A stretch of 64,000 bases of DNA, from positions 27,285-91,284 of the forward strand of contig CADAOA010000002.1 in NCBI GenBank assembly GCA_902789435.1, written 5' to 3'. The notes under the pieces were generated by a model, which had not been told where the DNA came from, ran no database searches, and saw only the letters and a program-made list of their open reading frames with translations. Below, piece by piece: positions 58,453 to 64,000 of this stretch. Both the position numbers and the translations under genes were made by a program. The stretch comes from an uncultured Bacteroidia bacterium. Its GTDB lineage: Bacteria; Bacteroidota; Bacteroidia; Bacteroidales; UBA932. How positions within the stretch are numbered: position 1 is the first letter of the stretch; each line of letters begins with the position of its first letter.

Positions 58453-59172
58453 ATGAGCGAGAAAAAAGACACATTGGTTTTTCAGGGCAGAAGGAGGAAG
58501 TTGGTGGAAGAACTTTCCGCCTCGGGACTATTCTCGGAAAAAGTTCTCAAGGCTATAGGATCGGTTCCCCGTCACCTGTTTGTTCAGAAGGGGTTGGAAG
58601 ATTTGGCCTACAAGGATATGCCTGTAGCAATCGAAGCCGGGCAGACCATATCCCAGCCGTCCACCGTGGCTTTCCAGACGCAACTTCTGGACTTTAAGCC
58701 CGGAGACAGGATTCTGGAAATAGGTACCGGCTGCGGATACCAGACAGCTGTACTCTTCTACCTGGGAGCGGAAGTCTTCTCCATCGAAAGGCAGGAAGAG
58801 CTTTTCCGCAAAGCCACTGAAAACCTGACGGATGCCGGATACATTTTTCCGGAGGAAGACTTTTCCGTATCAAAAATCCATCTTTTTCTCGGCGACGGAT
58901 TTGAGGGACTGAAAGATCTGGCACCATTTGACGGAATCATCGTAACCTGCGGAGCCCCGGCTCTGCCGAAGGCGCTGATGAAGCAGCTCTCTCCCGGAGG
59001 AAAGATGGTCATTCCGGTGGACGAGCCGGGCCAGGAAAAAGCTTCGGAAAAGAAGCAGATACTTAAAGTGATTACCAGAAAACCTGACGGGAAATTCACC
59101 GGAAGGGATGTCTCCAGAATGAGCTTTGTCCCGATGCTCAAGGGAGTGGAGAAAACAGAAAGAAAGATTTGA
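58453..59172 (+). CDS. pcm: protein-L-isoaspartate O-methyltransferase
   Basis: GQTISQPSTVA, ILEIGTGCGYQTA SAM motif, GGKMVIPV. Confidence 0.92.
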   Translation: MSEKKDTLVFQGRRRKLVEELSASGLFSEKVLKAIGSVPRHLFVQKGLEDLAYKDMPVAIEAGQTISQPSTVAFQTQLLDFKPGDRILEIGTGCGYQTAVLFYLGAEVFSIERQEELFRKATENLTDAGYIFPEEDFSVSKIHLFLGDGFEGLKDLAPFDGIIVTCGAPALPKALMKQLSPGGKMVIPVDEPGQEKASEKKQILKVITRKPDGKFTGRDVSRMSFVPMLKGVEKTERKI

Positions 59173-59173
59173 C

Positions 59174-59842
59174 ATGATAACGGTAAAACAATTTTATTTC
59201 AACGATTTGAGAGAGTGCTGCTATGTTCTTTCGGACGAGAGCAAAGAGTGCGTGATAGTGGACCCTGGCATCAGCAGGACAAGGGAGGGGGAAAGGCTTC
59301 AGCAATATATCGCCGAGAACAATCTAAAGCCCGTAAAGCTTCTTTGCACCCACGGCCATTTCGACCACGTTATGGGCAACCGTTTTATTACAGATACCTA
59401 CGGCATTCCGACTTATATACATCCTGCAGATAAGGACCTGCTGAAAGTGGCCAAGGCTACAAGCCAGCTGTTCGACATCCATATAGAGGATCCTTCTCTG
59501 GATACCGTGGACATTAACGAAGGTGATGAGGTTACTTTCGGAAATTCGTCCCTGAAGGTGATTTCCACACCGGGACACACCTGGGGCAGTGTTCTCTTCT
59601 ACAGCCCGGAGAGCAAGATATGCATTACGGGAGACACCTTGTTTGCCGGCAATTGCGGAAGGACCGACCTTCCTGAAGGAGACAGCCGGGCCATGTGCGA
59701 TTCCCTTGTGGGCAAGGTTGCCAGACTGATTCCTCACGACACCACAATCTACCCGGGACACGGTCCGGATTCCACTATGCTGGAGGAATTGGCCCATAAC
59801 CCATATCTGAGAAAGGAAACCTGGCTGAGATTTGACATTTAA
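59174..59842 (+). CDS. MBL-fold metallo-hydrolase (glyoxalase II-like)
   Basis: CTHGHFDHVMG (HxHxDH), TPGHTWGS, GDTLFAG..GRTD, PGHGP. Start at MITVKQFYF. Confidence 0.88.
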   Translation: MITVKQFYFNDLRECCYVLSDESKECVIVDPGISRTREGERLQQYIAENNLKPVKLLCTHGHFDHVMGNRFITDTYGIPTYIHPADKDLLKVAKATSQLFDIHIEDPSLDTVDINEGDEVTFGNSSLKVISTPGHTWGSVLFYSPESKICITGDTLFAGNCGRTDLPEGDSRAMCDSLVGKVARLIPHDTTIYPGHGPDSTMLEELAHNPYLRKETWLRFDI

Positions 59843-62539
59843 TGGACGAGATTCAGGTCATAGGAGCAAGGGAACACAATCTGAAGGGTATCGACGTTTC
59901 GATTCCCAGAAACCGGTTTGTGGTAATTACGGGACTGAGTGGAAGCGGCAAGTCCACTCTTGCCTTCGACACCATATATGCCGAGGGCCAGAGGCGCTAT
60001 ATGGAAACCCTGTCCGCCTATGCCAGGCAGTTTATAGGCATTCTTGAACGCCCTGCAGTAGAGAGCATTACGGGCCTGAGCCCAATTATTGCCATAGAGC
60101 AGAAAACCACTGGCAGCAATCCCCGCTCAACCGTAGGGACGATAACGGAAATCTACGACTTCCTCCGTCTTCTGTACGCCAGGGCATCAGACGCCTATTC
60201 TCCGGTAACGGGAAAGAAACTCGTAAAGTATACGGCCGAGCAGATTTGCCAGAGTGTCATCGCCGAGTATGAAAATGAAAAATGCTATCTCCTGGCTCCG
60301 CTTGTCATAGGACGAAAGGGTCATTACAAGGACCTTATGGACAGTCTGCTGAAAAAAGGATTCACACAGGTCAGGATAGACGGGAAAATCAGGGAACTGG
60401 CCGATGTTAAACCTCTGGACCGTTACAAGATCCACTTCATAGAACTTGTAGTTGACAAGATTATACCGTCTCAGAAAGACAGCAAGAGGATTTATGCCTC
60501 CGTCAGCACCGCCCTGGAAAGGGGCAAGGGTACCATCGCGATAATAAGACAGGGGAAGGAAGACGAAACTCTCCGGTTTTTCTCCATGCACCTTATGGAT
60601 GAGGATAGTGGGGAATCATTGCCGGAACCGGCTCCGTTCACATTCTCCTTCAACTCCCCGCAGGGAGCCTGCCCGAAATGCAAGGGACTTGGATACATCA
60701 CCCGGATAGATATGGAGAGGATTATCCCCGATCCATCCAAAACCATAAACGGAGGAGGAATTGTGCCAATAGGAAAGTACAAGGATTCAGATACTTTCCG
60801 CATTCTGGAAGCTATGGCCAGAAAGTACGGATTCTCCCTCAACTCTCCCATCAGCAGCCTTCCGGAAGAAGTCCTGAACATGATACTTTACGGAACACAG
60901 GAACTGTTCCGGGTAAGCCTCGCCGACGGAACCCTCCTGGCTTCCTTTCCTGGAGCTGCCGCCCGCCTCAAGGACGGGGAACAGGAAGAAGACGAGCCTC
61001 ACGGAAAAAAGACTCTCAAGGAAAGGTTCATAGAAGAAATCCCTTGTCCTGAATGCGGGGGAACAAGGCTCAAGAAAGAAGCCCTGTATTTCAAGATAGA
61101 CGGCAAGGACATCTCCCAGGTTGCGGCGATGGACATTTCTTCTCTCAAGGACTGGATTGCGCATCTCCCTCAAAAACTGGACAACCGCCAGAAACTAATT
61201 GCCAGAGATATCATCAAGGAACTTACGGACAGGGTGGGATTTCTCAGCGCAGTAGGACTGGATTACCTGTCTCTGGACAGGGCCACCGCAACCCTCAGCG
61301 GGGGAGAAAGCCAGAGGATAAGGCTTGCCACACAGATCGGCAGCCGTCTTGTAAACGTGCTTTACATCCTGGATGAGCCGAGCATAGGCCTCCATCAGAG
61401 AGACAACATAAAGCTCATCAATTCCCTGAAGAAACTCCGCGATGAGGGCAACTCCGTCATGGTAGTCGAGCACGACCTCGAAACCATGCTCAGCTGCGAC
61501 CGCCTTATTGACCTTGGCCCTGGAGCCGGAAGCAAGGGAGGAGAACTCCTCCTGAACACGACCGTGGAGGAACTGCGGAAAATGCCGCTTTCCAAGGTCA
61601 GGAAACTGGGAAGCCTTACGGCTGAATACATAAGAGGCATACGCAAGATAGAAACCCCCGCATCCAGAAGGAAAGGTAGCGGCAAGTTCCTTATTCTCAG
61701 AGGCGCGAAGGGCAATAACCTCAAGGATGTGACTCTCAAGGTTCCGCTCGGGTGTTTCGTGGGAATAAGCGGAGTAAGCGGAAGCGGAAAGTCATCCCTT
61801 ATAAACCAGACTCTGAAACCGGTACTGACTAACCATTTCTACCGCTCTTCAGAAAGGGCGTTGCCTTACAGCGGCATAGAAGGAATCCAGAACGTAGACA
61901 AGGTTATCGTAGTGGACCAGGCCCCTATAGGCAGAACCCCAAGATCCAACCCGGCCACCTACGTGAATGTGTTCTCGGATATAAGGAAACTCTTCGAGAA
62001 AACCCCGGATGCCCAGATCAGGGGATTCAAGGCCGGAAGATTCTCTTTCAATATCAAGGGGGGAAGATGCGAGGTATGCAAGGGAGCCGGAGTGGAAACC
62101 ATTGAGATGCATTATCTGCCTAGTGTCTATGTCACCTGTAAGGAATGCCGCGGCAAGAGGTATAATGCGGAAACCCTGGAAGTCAAATACAAGGGAAAAA
62201 ACATAAACGACGTACTGGAGATGACTATATCCGAGGCTGTGGAGTTCTTTTCCCACATTCCGTCCATCAGCCAGAAACTAAAGGCTATGGAAGATGTCGG
62301 GCTCGGTTATGTGAAACTGGGCCAGCCTTCCACTACGCTCAGCGGTGGAGAGAGTCAGAGAGTCAAGCTGGCCGCCGAACCTGGATGTGCTCAAGAGCGT
62401 GGATTACCTGATCGACATGGGCCCGGAAGGCGGTCAGGGCGGAGGCCGGATAATCGCCGAGGGAACTCCGGAAGAGGTGGCAGGGAACAAGGACAGCGTG
62501 ACCGGAAAATATCTTAAAGGACTGCTCAATTCAAAATAG
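59842..62539 (+). pseudogene. uvrA: excinuclease ABC subunit A, disrupted by an out-of-frame internal deletion near the 3' end
   Basis: Frame 1 reads normal UvrA up to ...[14 protein letters not shown] (62379) and then runs into an R/G-rich nonsense tail. Frame 2 from 62378 reads [35 protein letters not shown], the genuine UvrA C-terminus. The Walker B/D-loop/H-loop stretch normally between these two pieces is absent. Confidence 0.8.
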
Positions 62540-62579
62540 ATTTATAACTTAGCATTCTGCAAACAAAATAAAAAGAGAG

Positions 62580-64000
62580 ATGGAAAAAGTTAGGGTATAT
62601 TGCTCAAACAACAATCAATATTACGAAGTAGCTCCCGGAACCAATCTGAAACAACTCCTGAAGATCATAGACTATGACTGGAACAATATGAATGTGCTGG
62701 CCGCCTATGTAAACCACGACCTTAAAGAATTGGGAACCCAGCTATATCTCGCTTCCACGATACATTTCATAACATACCGCAGCGCAGACGGAAGAAGGTG
62801 CTATAACCGTTCCCTCAACTTCCTGTGCCAGAAAGTCATACACGACCTGTTCCCGGACCGTATCCTGTGTATGGACTACCATCTTCCGAACGGGCAGTAC
62901 GGAGAACTCAGGTCTAAGGAAGATTTCTCCAAGACCATCCCGATGACGGAAGAAGAACTCGGCGCCATCAAGAAAAAGATGTGGGAACTTGTCAAGAAAG
63001 ACATTCCGTTCATCAAGACAAAGAGAACAAATCCCAGCGCTATCAGCCTCTTCCGCGAACATGGCCAGAACGCAAAGGCCCGCCTTACCGAGATGACTGG
63101 AGACTTCTTCGTAACCCTTTATTATATGGATGGTTACGGAGATTACTTCTATGGCCCGATGGTATATTCCACGGGAGACCTGGACAGGTGGAGCATCAAG
63201 CTTTACAGCGACGGATTCTGCCTTCAGTCTCCGGAACCGGAAGCTCCCTATAACCTTCCGCCGCAGAAATACCAGAAAAAGCTCGCTGAGATTTTCGAGG
63301 AATATAGCAACTGGTGCAATGTCTTGGGAGTAAGGGATATCGCTACAGTGAACGAAGCTATAAACAAGGGCTACGGCAAAATCGCCATCTCTCTTTGCGA
63401 GGCACTTCACGAAAGGAAATACGCCAGGATAGCGGATAAGATCGGTGAGAGAAGAAAAGATGTCAAAATGGTGCTGATTGCCGGCCCGTCTTCTTCCGGA
63501 AAAACCACCACTTCCAAGAGAATCGCCCTCCAGATGAAGATTCTTGGATTGAATCCGGTGGTTCTCGGAATGGACGACTACTTTGTAGACAGGGAACTTA
63601 CACCAAAGGACGAAAAGGGAGAATATGATTTTGAAAGCGTATATGCCCTCAACCTTGAGATGCTCAACGACCATCTTACCAAACTTCTCAACGGAGAGGA
63701 AGTGAGAATTCCAAAGTTCGATTTCCAGACTGGAAGGAGCACACTTTCCGAGAACTCCATTAGGCTCAAAGATGGGGACGTGCTTGTAATGGAGGGTATC
63801 CACGCCCTGAATCCGGTCCTTACGGAAAGGATTCCGGACGAAAGGAAATTCAAGGTTTACGCCTCCGCCCTGACTTCTCTCTCAATAGATGAGAACAACT
63901 ATATCTCAACCACGGACAACCGAATGCTCAGGCGAATGGTCAGAGACCATTATTTCCGTGGATACAGTGCTGAGGAAACCATTATGCGCTGGCCTAGCGT
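62580..64000 (+). CDS. uridine kinase/phosphoribulokinase-family P-loop protein with N-terminal TGS/ThrRS-like domains (3' end beyond window)
   Basis: Hand-translated. Frame 3 is open from ATG 62580 to the window end (MEKVRVYCSNNNQYYEVAPG...GPSSSGKTTTSKRIALQ...VMEGIHALNP...). Not in the ORF track because no stop is reached. Confidence 0.8.
   Translation, partial: MEKVRVYCSNNNQYYEVAPGTNLKQLLKIIDYDWNNMNVLAAYVNHDLKELGTQLYLASTIHFITYRSADGRRCYNRSLNFLCQKVIHDLFPDRILCMDYHLPNGQYGELRSKEDFSKTIPMTEEELGAIKKKMWELVKKDIPFIKTKRTNPSAISLFREHGQNAKARLTEMTGDFFVTLYYMDGYGDYFYGPMVYSTGDLDRWSIKLYSDGFCLQSPEPEAPYNLPPQKYQKKLAEIFEEYSNWCNVLGVRDIATVNEAINKGYGKIAISLCEALHERKYARIADKIGERRKDVKMVLIAGPSSSGKTTTSKRIALQMKILGLNPVVLGMDDYFVDRELTPKDEKGEYDFESVYALNLEMLNDHLTKLLNGEEVRIPKFDFQTGRSTLSENSIRLKDGDVLVMEGIHALNPVLTERIPDERKFKVYASALTSLSIDENNYISTTDNRMLRRMVRDHYFRGYSAEETIMRWPS

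Overview
This window reads as a mostly housekeeping chromosomal segment from a Bacteroidota (Bacteroidales-like) genome. Support for that call: several intergenic regions carry the Bacteroides-type promoter (-33 TTTG, 19-21 nt, -7 TAnnTTTG), many products have lipoprotein signal peptides ending in Cys, and the gene content fits. All product calls come from motifs I can read in the supplied translations. No database search was run.

Content in order:
- aro gene row: aroB, an aroD-aroA fusion, aroC.
- Cell-wall and amino-sugar genes: serine hydrolase, CapA-like protein, two tandem GH3 NagZ-like paralogs.
- A self-contained rplC-rplD-rplW-rplB-rpsS-rplV-rpsC block.
- A large LRR surface lipoprotein, with a divergently transcribed membrane-bound LuxR-type regulator.
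- SIMPL protein, enolase, the ssb-cysS-deaminase operon, an M3 peptidase, umuDC, an SGNH hydrolase, and a secreted 17-aa-repeat protein.
- tRNA-Gln and tRNA-Met(CAT), ispF, mutL, rhomboid, EEP nuclease, tsaC, a Tat-exported PIG-L deacetylase, rsmE, and tsaE.
- An AT-rich yhcG-type PD-(D/E)xK nuclease gene, then comM.
- A ketosynthase/ACP/adenylase trio, an M13 peptidase, namZ, waaA, and mlaEF.
- An ECF sigma factor with a TM/beta-barrel partner, a TPR protein, an M23 peptidase, dNK, pcm, an MBL hydrolase, a disrupted uvrA, and an open-ended uridine-kinase-like gene.

I found no CRISPR array, rRNA, transposase, integrase or prophage.

Observations most worth a second look:
1. The orphan KS(+extra domain)/ACP/adenylase module.
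2. A perfect 36-bp in-frame tandem duplication inside comM.
3. uvrA, with an out-of-frame internal deletion that removes the C-terminal Walker B region.
4. A ribosomal S10-type cluster cut at both ends and bounded by its own promoter and terminator.
5. An ECF sigma factor paired with an inner-membrane-anchored protein that ends in an outer-membrane beta-barrel domain.
6. The AT-rich nuclease gene inserted directly in front of comM.

I cannot show that any of these is a genuinely undescribed system. Each needs the searches listed with it.
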